From: Selaginella moellendorffii
Lineage: Eukaryota > Plantae > Lycopodiophyta
Length of the DNA stretch: 64,000 nucleotides
Reading direction: 5' to 3'
NCBI RefSeq assembly: GCF_000143415.4
Contig: NW_003314279.1
Location: 916,091-980,090, forward strand
A model generated the notes under the pieces. It did no database searches. It worked only from the letters and a program-made list of their open reading frames with translations, and had not been told where the DNA came from. Made by a program: the position numbers and the translations under genes. Shown here in pieces: positions 35,371-46,682 of the stretch (position 1 is the first letter of the stretch; the number at the start of each line of letters is the position of its first letter).

Positions 35371-36066
35371 CGATGGAGAGAGAGAGAGAGAGAGAGAGAG
35401 GAAACGTAAAGAGAGAAAGAAAGAAAGGCTTTCGCTAACGTGATCTTCGCAAGATCTTCTCGCAAAATAAAAGCTTAGTTATTCGCTCTAAGTTACCACT
35501 TGTATCCATACTCTGGCTCGTAAAAATCCTGTTCTTGCAGCTCTTTCTCTTTTTTGTCGTAGGAAAACTCCATCTCCTTCATGGCGTTGGATTTCACGTA
35601 GCTTCCCTGGCTCACCAGCGAGTAGTGAGACGAGGAGGAGCTCTTGTTCTTCAGAGCTCGCTGCCTCAGCTGGTTTTCAATGCTGACATTGGTTGGAAGA
35701 ACTTTCGTCGCTATCTGTGAGAATTATTTGCCCTTTTGCTTAACCCTGGCTTGAGAATTCTGGAGCTGTTATTAGTTGTTGCAATCTGGGTTTGTGAAAG
35801 TCTATTCCAGAGATCTTCCAGAATAACAAGGTTCTAAATTTCAACTTTCACTACTCGTAGGGGCAATACCAGATTCTGTGTTTGCATAGCCGAAACTTTT
35901 CAAGTTTCTCTCTAGCTAGGTTTTGCTCCATATTCCAGTCTTCCTGCTATGCTTCCTAACAGCAGAATATAATCATTCCATTTCATTTCTGTAAAGAAGA
36001 ATCATTGAAACTAAAAGCTCTCGATTTTAGTTTCTTGCAATTTTTACCGATGAGACTGAATACTGC

Positions 36067-36765
36067 CTATTTGTAATTTATTCCAAACCGAGCCAACCTG
36101 ATGGTGTCGAGCCACACCATGCAGTGCCTGGCAAATGCAGTACGAGTTATTTGGGCGATTCTGGCTTGCAAGCGACACTGGAAAACCCTAGTGCTGTGAA
36201 CCTTCTTGCCAGATATCTGAACAAGCTTCCTGTTGTCACGCTCTCGTGCTATGTCCTGTGGCGCTCTTGCGGAGGAATATGCACAAGTCCCGCAGCGCCT
36301 CGCCAAATTCAAGCACACGATGAACAGCGACGGAATGCAGCAAAAGGTGAGTCCCAAGACGTTGGGGCTGGATGCTCCATAAGACCACTCCATCTTGTCG
36401 TCCCGGGATCTCTTTTGCCCCGTGCCCCGGTCTAAAGAGAGCGTAGAGACGAGCAATCCTTGCAAGCAAATTTGGGCGCTTGATCCGCTAGAACCTCCCC
36501 AAGAAGATTCGAAAAAACTGGTCAATGAATCGCTGGTGAGCCGGAGCTCGCCGATCCGGCGTCCCTTTGGAACACTCGGTGCCAGGACGGTGGCCGGGAG
36601 GAAGCGGCCCCACAAAGGTTTGTCCCTTGAACAGAGCATGGCAGTCTGGACTCTGGATGGAACGCTCCAAAAACGCTCGGAGATGGTGATCTCATACTCC
36701 GTACCTTGATCGCAGAACCTTGGGATCCGCGGGGACCTCGGGCGCAACCAGAACCACGACGCCAT
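36067..36765 (-). other. Unassigned 232-codon ORF in the spacer of the second inverted repeat
   Basis: ATG-started, GC-rich in its 5' half; no motif recognised. Confidence 0.25.
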
Positions 36766-36854
36766 AGCTCGGATCTTTAGCTGGTAAGAATCATGTTTTA
36801 GGATAGTCTCGGCGTGCAGATGCCAAGGACCTCTTTCTTTCTCTCGATCGAGCT

Positions 36855-37620
36855 ATGGTGGATTCGAGAATTTAGGTAGCAGGGATCTGGCTCGTTACTG
36901 GCGATCATGGAGGTTTCGGAAGCTGGAGAGGTTCCCCCTGAGAATCATGGGATGGCCTCTCACTGGGGAGCTCATTCCTTACATGACGATTGCTCGCTCC
37001 GAGGCTCCTTACGTCCCAATGGAGAGGGAAAAGAAGTATCTATACAATGATCTTGTTGCTGGATTGTGACTTTAGTATGATCTTTGTGTGGAAAGGTATG
37101 GGACGGTGAGCTTGCTCACGGGTCACGGACATAGGGCATCAAGTTTGTGCTCCACAACGAGGGGGTGCTGTTTGAGTCTGGCTACACTCGATCGTGCTGG
37201 GAGAGGACAGCGAGCTCTATAAGAGAATGCACGCCATGCTCAACAGGTCTGTGGGCTCCACGCCTCTCAAGAAGTACCTCACACCAAGTAAGGGATGAGT
37301 ACGTGGAGCAGGAGCACCAAGATCTCGCTCCCAGAGGGTAAATTATTCTCCAGCATATATATTCTATGATCCTGATATGGTGATCTTGTAATACGACTTT
37401 CGAGGATGGATTGAAAGCACCTGGGAGTGGTGGCAGCCGCAGTTGTTTTCTCGCTCTCCTTGCCTAGTTCGTCTCCCTCGGCGCTGGAAATCGATCGGCT
37501 GTCTCTAGCCCATCAAGCAAAGGTAGGACGGGATTTAGTATCTGGTGCAAGGCTTGAAAGTGGCAGGCACGAGCCGATACTACAAGATCAAGTTTCCCAA
37601 AGGCAACTAAACCTGGTCTC
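36855..37620 (+). pseudogene. Cytochrome P450 (CYP85 clan) 5' fragment 3
   Basis: Reverse complement of fragments 1 and 2 (MGWPLTGELIPY; IKFVLHNEGVLFESGY). Confidence 0.8.
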
Positions 37621-37714
37621 CCAGTAATTCCCGATGGAATTCCGAGCTTTCAATCACGAGTTACTTCTGGTTGCAATCCAAAATATGTAAACCCGAAACT
37701 GGTAGGTGAAAGTG

Positions 37715-38547
37715 GTCACACTGCTTGCTCGCTCGCTTGCTCTATTTGACGGATGTGAGGAGCCACAATCTTTTGTATGAAGTCAAGTGCCCCGACTCTC
37801 CTTGTAAGTTCTCCCACTGCATGAAAACACACATTTTTCTCCACTACAACAAGAAAAAAAATTTCACCTCAGCATAGGAAGCAGAGATAATCTTCCATTC
37901 AGCAGCCTCCACCAACCTATGCTTCAAAACAGTGTGTCCCAGAAGATCTCCTATAACAAACACACAAAACGAATCACAAAAAGAAAAAACATCCTAAGAG
38001 CTTTGAGTACTGACCTGTGTTCCGAGCAAAATGGCTCGGCCGGTTGACCTCGATCACAACTTTACCGCCCTTCATGGCAAAATCCAGAGAGTAATCCGCA
38101 TCAACGTACTCGGGGATCCACTGCCTTCCAGTGCACACCAAGAACCTCTCGGTATCCTTTTGCAAGAAAGAAGTGGACTTGCGAGAGCTTCTCTCCTTTT
38201 CCCAGCTTCTCTATCCTGCCAAGCTGCAAATGCTTCCCTTCCCACTTGAAGGCCAGAACAACCTGGTATAGCTTGGGGTTGGCCGAGAACAGCATACGAC
38301 CACGCGATGCTCGAGAGCTGCTCGATCGATAGCTTCCCCGGGAAAGATTCTTCTCGGAACTGTTCTTCACCGAGCTCTGGAGAACCTTGTTCTTGCTGAA
38401 GAGCCGATGAGTCCAGGACAGAATCCAGAGGTTGAGCCATGACCCGAACGACCAAAGAAGCTGGGCCAGTTCCTGTGCTCGAAACTCCTTGGGAACTCCG
38501 CTCGCAGCGTCCATGAGCTTCTCAAAGAGTGCGGGCGAGCTGTGCTA
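37715..38547 (-). pseudogene. RAP-domain gene copy D (3' half)
   Basis: Mirror of copy C; shares its derived changes (KDTERFL, gaagctgggaaaagg deletion). Confidence 0.9.
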
Positions 38548-38815
38548 AGCTCTTCCGCCGCCTTCAGAGGCACTGATATTGGGTCAAAGAAGCCCTCACA
38601 CCCAAAGGGATATGGGGAGAGGTGTAAGTTCCTCCACGCTGTTACCACCGTCACCGGGTTGGCGCTCGTCACCACGCTCAAAGAACACGAGGAGAGCATC
38701 ACGGGAATAGCTATGGTTCCAGACTCGGCAGTGCTCTTCACTGGTTCTACCGATGGAACTCTCAGGGCCTGGGATTGCGACTCAGGGACCGTGTCAGATT
38801 ACTCTGAGGCTAGAG
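38548..38815 (+). pseudogene. CCCH zinc finger-WD40 (ZFWD-like) fragment 2
   Basis: YGERCKFLH...TTLKEHEESITGIA...FTGSTDGTLRAWDCDSG; mirror of 33745-34050. Confidence 0.8.
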
Positions 38816-39381
38816 GACAAACTTCGTCTCCTATCTCTGTCACGCGTATATGAGGCGGGACTCCTTGGATCAGTCGTACATGGCTGGAACTCTGGAACTC
38901 TGAAGTCTAGAGGATTCATGCGTAGGGGAACGACTTGGTACGAGATCAAATCTGATCAAAGCAATGCAAGTCAAGAAGATTAACGTGACAATGCATGAAA
39001 CGAACAAGTCGGTAAGAATTATAAAGTGGCACTTTAATGAAACGAGTGCTTGAAACGAAATGATCAAGTCCGAGGTACGTGAAAGTAGATCCTATTCTTT
39101 ATTCTAGGAACGAAAAGGTGATGAGCGAGAGGACACACAACAAAAAAACCATGCAGTTCTTCCAAGAAAAAATCGAAAAGATTTATTATGAAAACTCGAC
39201 GTAGAGAGGATGGTACCCTCGTTGTCAAACTGGGACTTCCCCTGGGCATTCCAAGGATCGTGGAATCCATCGAATGATCGCGGTGATGTAGCGCTCAACT
39301 AAAAAATCGCCCATTCTTTCTGATTGATTAGCGAGATAATCTTTTCGTGTTAGATGTGTTACCTAGCCCTAAGTGCTCGCC

Positions 39382-41471
39382 ATGGAGCTCCTACATTCCT
39401 CGGCGCTGTGCGTAGCGCGCTTCCATCGCTGCTCTGGCGGCAGGGGCCAGGATTTTGGATTCTTCCAGCAGCGGCAGCGATCGCAGGTGAGGCAATTTCC
39501 CTGGTTGGCTGCGAATGCCGCGGCGCCATCGCGTCCGGCGCCTGTGAAGCCGGATTTCTTTGACGACGATGACTCGGAGGAGGACGAGGAGGATCAGAGG
39601 CAGCGGCGCAAGGCGGGGGAGCTGGATTGGGCGACTAGAGCTCGGGAGCTTGCGATTCAGGATATGAGCTTCCGGAACTTCACCGACGAGGATTTCCAGG
39701 CCCTACTGCCCCCGCATCTGCGAATCTCCAAGAAGAAGGCCAAGAAGAAGAAGAAGAAGACCAGGGCCAAGCAGGAAGGTGCCGAGGCTGCATTGCAGCT
39801 GGAGGAATCGCGCAGCGCGATTAAGACCAAAAAGAAGAAAGACAAGGACGATGATGCGAGCAGCCTCCAGGCTGCGAATGACACCACTCCAGTCAATCCA
39901 AAGAAGCTCAAAGCGCTGGCCAAGAGGTTTAACGCTCACAGGGAGCGCTACATGAACATCGAGCAAAGCTACAGCGACAGCGAAGGTGACGAGGGCGAAG
40001 AGGAGCTTACGACCGAGTTGACAGTGGTTTATGGGGAGCGTCGAGAGGAAGGAGGTGGTGAAGAGTCGGATGATGGCGAGGAGCTTCCAGCGGCCTTGAA
40101 AGATCCAAGGCTGCTGGAAATTCGTCTCAACCAGGACTTGGTCGACTCGAGGGACGTGGAAGAAGTTTTGGAGACGATCGAGAGAGTGAAAGGAAGGTTT
40201 CGATTGAGCTCCATCAACGTCGCCACTGCTCTTCACAGGATCGCCAAGCATATGGTGACGCTGTCCATGTCCGAGACGAGAAGGCTCAAGTACGCCAGGC
40301 AGTGTGACGTGGCCGAGCTCGTTGCTTCGGCTATGGAGCTTCTTCCGGAATGCAACGCACAGGGCGTCTCCAATATTGCCTGGGCCATCTCCAAGATTGG
40401 AGGCCACCTTCTTTACCGGGGAGAGATGGAGATAATCGCTCGAGCAGCACTGGCAAAGGTTGACGAGTTCAATCCACAGAACATTGCCAACGTAGCCGGA
40501 GCGTTTGCTTCCATGCAGCACAGCTCGCCCGCACTCTTTGAGAAGCTCATGGACGCTGCGAGTAGAGTTCCCAAGGAGTTTCGAGCACAGGAACTGGCCC
40601 AGCTTCTTTGGTCTTTCGCGTGCATGGCTCAGCCTCTGGATTCTTTTCTGGACTCGTTGGACGCGGCTCTTCAGCAAGAACAAGGTTCTCTGGAGCTCGG
40701 TGAAGAACAGTTCCAGGAAGAATCTTTCCCCGGGAAGCTATCGATCGAGCAGCTCTCGAGTATCGCGTGGTCTTATGCTGTTCTCGGCCAACTCCAGCGT
40801 TCATTCTTCGCTCACGTTTGCAAGGAGATACTCGCGTTTGAGCAGGACGCGTCCCTGGGACAGCACAAGCATATGTTGCAGCTGACACAGCTATACCAGG
40901 TTGTTCTGGCCTTGAAGTGGGAAGGGAATCATTTGGAGCTGGCTCTTGGTGACAGGATAGAGAAGCTGGCTGCAGGTGCCTGGGAAAAGGAGAGAAGCTC
41001 TCGCAAGTCCACCTCTTTCTTGCAAAAAGATATCGAGAGGTTCTTGGTGTGCACTGGAAGGCAGTGGATCCCCGAGTACGTTGATGCGGATTACTCTCTG
41101 GATTTTGCCATGAAGGGCGGTAAAGTTGCGATCGAGGTCAACGGGCCGAGCCATTTTGCCCGGAACACAGGTCAGTACTCAAAGCTCCTAGAATGTTTTT
41201 TCTTTTTGTGATTCGTTTTGTGTGTTTGTTACAGGAGATCTTCTGGGACACACTGTATTGAAGCATAGATTGCTGGAGGCTGCTGGATGGAAGATTATCT
41301 CTGCTTCCTATGCTGAGGTGAAGTTTTTTTTCTTTGTTGTAGTGGAGAAAAATGTGTGTTTTGATGCAGTGGGAGAACTTACAAGGAGAGTCGGAGCACG
41401 TTGACTTCATACAAAAGCTTGTGGCTCCTCACATCCGTCAAATAGAGCAAGCGAGTGAGCGAGCAGTGTGA
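39382..41471 (+). CDS. RAP: RAP-domain / octotricopeptide-repeat chloroplast RNA-binding protein, intact copy (exons 39382-41170, 41235-41317, 41370-41471)
   Basis: INVATALHRIAK, AQGVSNIAWAISKIGG, FNPQNIANVAGAFA, and RAP domain YSLDFA...VAIEVNGPSHFARN|GDLLGHTVLKHRLLEAAGWKII...|WENL; open spliced frame. Confidence 0.92.
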
Positions 41472-41806
41472 CCTCTTTCACCTACCAGTTTCGGGTCAAA
41501 ACTTGTGAATGAACGGTCGGCCGGCTTGTGGTAAGCTATGGCGGAAGAAGAGAGAGAAGAGGAGCCACTCGGCTTGTCTGTGAACGTAAAGAAAGGACGG
41601 TAACATTGGTTGAATCGTCGGAGCCACAGACAGCGCGATCAAACAGCTGTTTACCGAGAGTAAGCTAGGAGCACTAGTATCCTCTGCTTTTTTTGTGTAG
41701 GGTTATCAGTGCATGGTTCTACTTGCTTAAATTCGCCTCTCCTGCATTGATATAACGCCCCCAGATCTTTGGTTTTGCAGCGGCAGCAGCAGCGAGAACG
41801 AGCAAA

Positions 41807-43687
41807 ATGGCGGCTTGCGGCACTCGTCTTCTTCCAAAGTCCTCCTTCCTGTCTTCGGCCAATTCGTCCTCCTTTCTGGGTGGTTCGTCGGTTCCTTGCG
41901 CCTCTTCTCCTTCCTCGTCATCGTCCAAGCTCGGCAGCAGCAGGTGCATCACGGTCCGAGCCGTCGTTGCATCGCCCACTAAAGTTCATGCGGAGCCGGC
42001 CACCAAGATCAAGTCGATCAAGGCAAGGCAGATAATTGACAGCCGGGGCAACCCAACAGTGGAAGTGGATCTGGTGACTGACCGGGTGTATAGATCAGCA
42101 GTTCCCAGCGGGGCCTCCACCGGAATCTACGAGGCTCTTGAGCTCAGAGATGGTGATAAGACCGTCTTTGGAGGCAAGGGAGTGCTCCAAGCTATTGCCA
42201 ACATCAACGATGTCATCGCACCAAAGCTCGTTGGCGTGGATACCAGGTAGCTTTTCTCTAAAAGCTTACAGTTTTTCTTTGTTCTCCTGCCAATCAACTT
42301 ATGTGCGAGCTTTCAGGAACCAGAAGGATGTGGACAACATTATGCTGGAGCTGGATGGGACGCCAAACAAGTCGAAGCTTGGAGCGAATGCCATACTTGG
42401 TGTCTCCCTGAGCGTGTGCCGAGCCGGGGCCGGAGCTAATGGCGTTCCTCTCTACAAGCACATTCAGTCCATTGCTGGGATCAAGGAACTAGTGATGCCA
42501 GTTCCTGCTTTGAACGTTATCAACGGCGGCAGCCATGCAGGAAACAAGCTTGCAATGCAGGAGTTTATGATCCTCCCGGTTGGTGCTAGCTCGTTTGCCG
42601 AGGCCATGCAGATGGGATGTGAAGGTTCGTTTCTTCGTTTCTCTTGATTTTACAGGGACTTTTGTTTGTGTTTCAGTTTACCACGTTCTGAAGGGAATCA
42701 TAAAGAAAAAGTACGGCCAAGACGCATGCAATGTTGGTGACGAGGGAGGTTTCGCTCCAAACATTCAAGACAACAGGGAAGGTCTTGTTCTTCTGGTTGA
42801 CGCCATTGAAAAGGCGGGATACACTGGCAAGGTCCGTATACGTAAGACTGTTTCTCAACGTCTTTTACATGTTTTCATATCAGGTGAAGCTGGGTATGGA
42901 TGTCGCTGCATCCGAGTTCTATAAGTCTGGAAAGTACGACCTGGACTTTAAAGACCAGTCCAGCAGTGGGAAGAACATATACACGGGCGAGGAGCTGGGA
43001 AATCTTTACATGGAGTTCGTGAGGGACTTCCCGATTGTGTCCATTGAGGATCCGTTCGATCAGGACGACTGGAGCTCGTGGAAGAACTTGCAGTCTCAGT
43101 GCGACGTCCAGCTCGTCGGAGATGATTTACTGGTGACGAATCCCAAGCGGATAGCCGAGGGAATCAGCAAGAACGCTTGCAACGCATTGTTGCTAAAGGT
43201 AAGCACGGTGTCGCCTTCCATCATTTCTCATGGAATAGAATCCTTTTTTTTTTCTTTTCTTTCGCTTTTTGCAGGTGAATCAGGTCGGCTCCGTGACTGA
43301 ATCCATCCAAGCAGCTTTGGATTCAAAAGCTGCTGGATGGGGTGTTATGGTGAGCCACAGAAGTGGAGAGACCGAGGACACATTTATTGCGGACCTGGCT
43401 GTTGGACTCGCTAGTGGACAGGTACCAATTCTTCGACTTTTTAAAGTTTGCTTGTAGAATAGCTCTTTTTGTCTTGATTCGTTTCGATCCTTTTCTCATC
43501 GTTTCATGTTCTCGTTTCAGATCAAAACAGGAGCTCCGTGCAGGAGCGAGCGCCTTGCAAAGTATAATCAGGTAAGGTTGAAAGCTTTCTGGTCTGAGAT
43601 TTGAATATTTGCTACGAGCAGTTGCTGCGCATCGAGGAAGAGCTTGGAAGCGTTGGCTACGCAGGAGAGAACTTCAGGAAACCATGA
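41807..43687 (+). CDS. ENO1: Enolase, plastid-targeted (multi-exon)
   Basis: Ser-rich transit peptide; [67 protein letters not shown]. Confidence 0.97.
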
Positions 43688-45542
43688 CCGAGGCCAAGAC
43701 TTTCTTTTTGTCCGACGGCGAGCTAAGAAACTTTTCCTGCTAATGAAAATAAACCATGCAACTTGCGAGACTTGCAAAACCATGGAGTGCTTTGCGTGTC
43801 TTGACTTCTCGCCTTCGAAATAATTGTTCCAGGCAAGGAATTTGGATCGTCCTTGGGAACAGCATTGGATCTCTCGTACAGACTGTGTACGGAGAGAACT
43901 TTTGATTCTCGTCCAATTCTCGTCCCAAGGTTTAGGTAGGATGACCAACGAATTTGGTGGGCCAAAACTTTTCTTTCTTTTCGCAACCAAACGTTTCACG
44001 GAGCGAGGGGTATTTTTTGGGGAGGCACACGTCTTGGGAGGCATTGTTTATCTCCATAACAAGATCTCTCTCTCAAGTCAGCCTTGCGAGGAATTCTTTT
44101 TCAGCCTCATAATTTCTACAAATGAATCACGACTTTGTGTACTCCTTGAGTTCTGCGCCTGAGCTAACAATCTGATACGATGTGGTACTCCATTTTCTTT
44201 TCTTTTGGTACGGCAACGTTGAAACACAGTGAATGCCGCGAAAGTTTTTGTTATAGTGGCAGCAGCAGCGTTTATAGTATGTACTTCAGGATTGTGACCA
44301 CCAGATTGACGAAGAAGAAGAAGATCATCGTTGATGTGGAGATATCGTGAAGGATTGAATCAAGCATAAGCGGTTTGAATGCATGCGTCCCGAGGCCTTT
44401 GAGGCGTAAAAGAGATCAAAAGGAGAAGGGTCACTTTCGCTTCTGGGTATTGCTGGTCTGTGTGCGAGTTGAGTTTTGACAGTGAGGCTTGTGTAAGTAA
44501 GAACAGTCTATACCTGCATTCATTTCCGAAACATGGGTTTGGTAAGGAAGGATCAAACACAGTTCTGCAACAAGATCGTACAATTAAGAACAAAAAAAAA
44601 TTTCAAAAAAAATCTCGCAAAGCTGCACAAGAAAAGATAAAGAGCAGAAAAGAATTCTGAAACGGCAACAAACAGACAAAGCGAGAAGAAGCAACACGAA
44701 AGCAGCGTACAAATGATATTCTTCAAGGTTGGTGGCGCGAGTGAATTCATGGAAATGAAACGAAGGGTGGTGGTGGTGAAATGTGAGTGAGTGTTCAAAG
44801 CAACATGCATCGCGGAAGAACATGAGAGAGTTTGCTCGTCCGTCAATATCGACATCGCCCTCTTCCTTTCTTTGGCTCGAAGGAGAGAATTCTACCACTG
44901 AAAGAGGAGGAAAACCAACCAGGCGACGCAAAACAAGGTGGTGGCGCTAACTACCTCTGCTGCAACCGCAAAACAAGAAAAGACTAAAAAAGAGAGAAAA
45001 GAATGCTTGTCAAATTTCTTGTTTTTCACTGGGACCTTCCAACAAAACTTTCCAGTCCAGCAAAGAAAGACAGTTTGTTTGGAGCTGCTGCCACGCTGCT
45101 ACTGCTGCACTCTGCAATCTGCAACTAAGTGCAGAAGCTGATCAGCATCAGCTCCTGCCTGCCTGCCTGCTGCTGCTGCTGCTGCTGCTGCTTGCTTGCT
45201 TTCTTGCTTCTGTTGGATGGATGATTTAAACTGGTGAAAATGAAAACTTGAGAAGTGGGAGGCATTGAAAGCAACAGCAACGCGAGGCCTTTGTGTTTCT
45301 GGGGGAGGGGTTTCGCTGGCGCATCCACCGGTCCATCGGAAATCAAATCGAAACGATCACAGTTTCTTCAACCAATCTTTCCAAGAAAAGAACTCGCGTA
45401 CGGAAAAGAGCGGGAAAAGCCGCCGGATAAACCCTAGACCTCGCGCGGGAAGAGAAAGATCTGCAGATGCCGCCTTAATGGGCGATCGTAACGTGAGGAG
45501 AGATCGCATCGCAGTGAAGGTAAGATGGTTTTAGTGTAGATT

Positions 45543-45574
<32 letters not shown>

Positions 45575-46682
45575 AGATCGAGAATAGAAGGGACGAATTA
45601 GATGGGTTGCGAATGAATGCGAGCGTTAGAGCGGCCCAATGGGAGGCAAGTTTTTCCGCTCCCTGGCAGGCAGGCCAAGAAGGCATACTGGCGTTCTCTC
45701 GCTGTGTTCTTCTGGTATGCGTGTTCTTGCTGCTTATAAAGGATGGGAAGGTCAAAAACTTTAGATTTATTTTTCTCCCTTGAGTTGAAGCGAGCAGCCA
45801 AGGTCAAGAAGACTCAAGAACAGCTTTTTCGCTGCTCTGCTCAGTGTGGGAAGCTTTTTTTTTTTGCGTGTGTTTTCTTTCGTGCCCGGTTTGTTTTTTT
45901 CCTCTTGGTGCCTGGAGTTTTGGTTCCCTCTTTATCCGTGCTGCTGCGCCTCTGGCTGGGCTGGCTGGCTTTAAATTTTCGTTTCTCTCTTTTTCCACCC
46001 TTGCATTTTTCCCCAGGTAGCTATGCGTAGTTAATGGCTTTAGCTACAGGTTGAAAGAATCATGGAAGCAAACTTCTTCGTTTCGTCCTCGTGAGAGAGA
46101 GAAAGCGAGAGAGAGAGAGAGAGAGAGGGACGAATCGAGACTCGAGTCGAACAAGCTGAGCTTTAGTTCTTCGGTCCCTCCGTGTCGGCTGCTGGACGAG
46201 CATTTCCCAGGAGTGGGCGGTGGAGGGGAAGGAGCGGAGTAAAGATACTGTGAAGATTCAGTGAGAAGGAAGAAGAGTAGGGAGATACCTCGTCGGGCGC
46301 TTTCCAGCGTTTTGGAGAGGGATTTCCAGCAGGATCATCCGTAGAGCTCCAGCGGACGAGATTAAACTCCGGCTCACCAGTCGCCTTGACAGGTAAAACA
46401 ACTTTCTGGTTCTTTTCTCTTGCTTCGCTCTGCCTCTTTTCTTTTTTTCTCTTTCCTACTTAGAGGGTGGTGGTGGTGTGCAGCTTGTGACGCTTCACAA
46501 GGTGGGAGAGAAGAGAACGGTGGCACGAAGAAGAGGCAAAGCAGCGTTTTGCTACTAGGCGTGGTGACTTGCGTAGTTGGCAAGGCTGGCTGATAAACAA
46601 AGAGGAAAAAATTGGCACCAAAGTACAAGTGGTCGGGGGCGGGGAGGAGTTTCGCGAGTGTTTTGTGGGATATGATTGTCGA

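Noticed and set aside
20200-41500. Helitron or Pack-MULE origin for the fragment mosaic
   Set aside because: Fragments are in mixed orientation and I found no TC...hairpin-CTRR ends, TIRs or TSDs; not fully excluded without a genome-wide search.
43700-46500. Short ORFs, (CTG)n/(GAA)n/(GA)n tracts and a small hairpin at 45131-45158
   Set aside because: Low-complexity promoter/UTR sequence; no tRNA, rRNA or known miRNA recognised.
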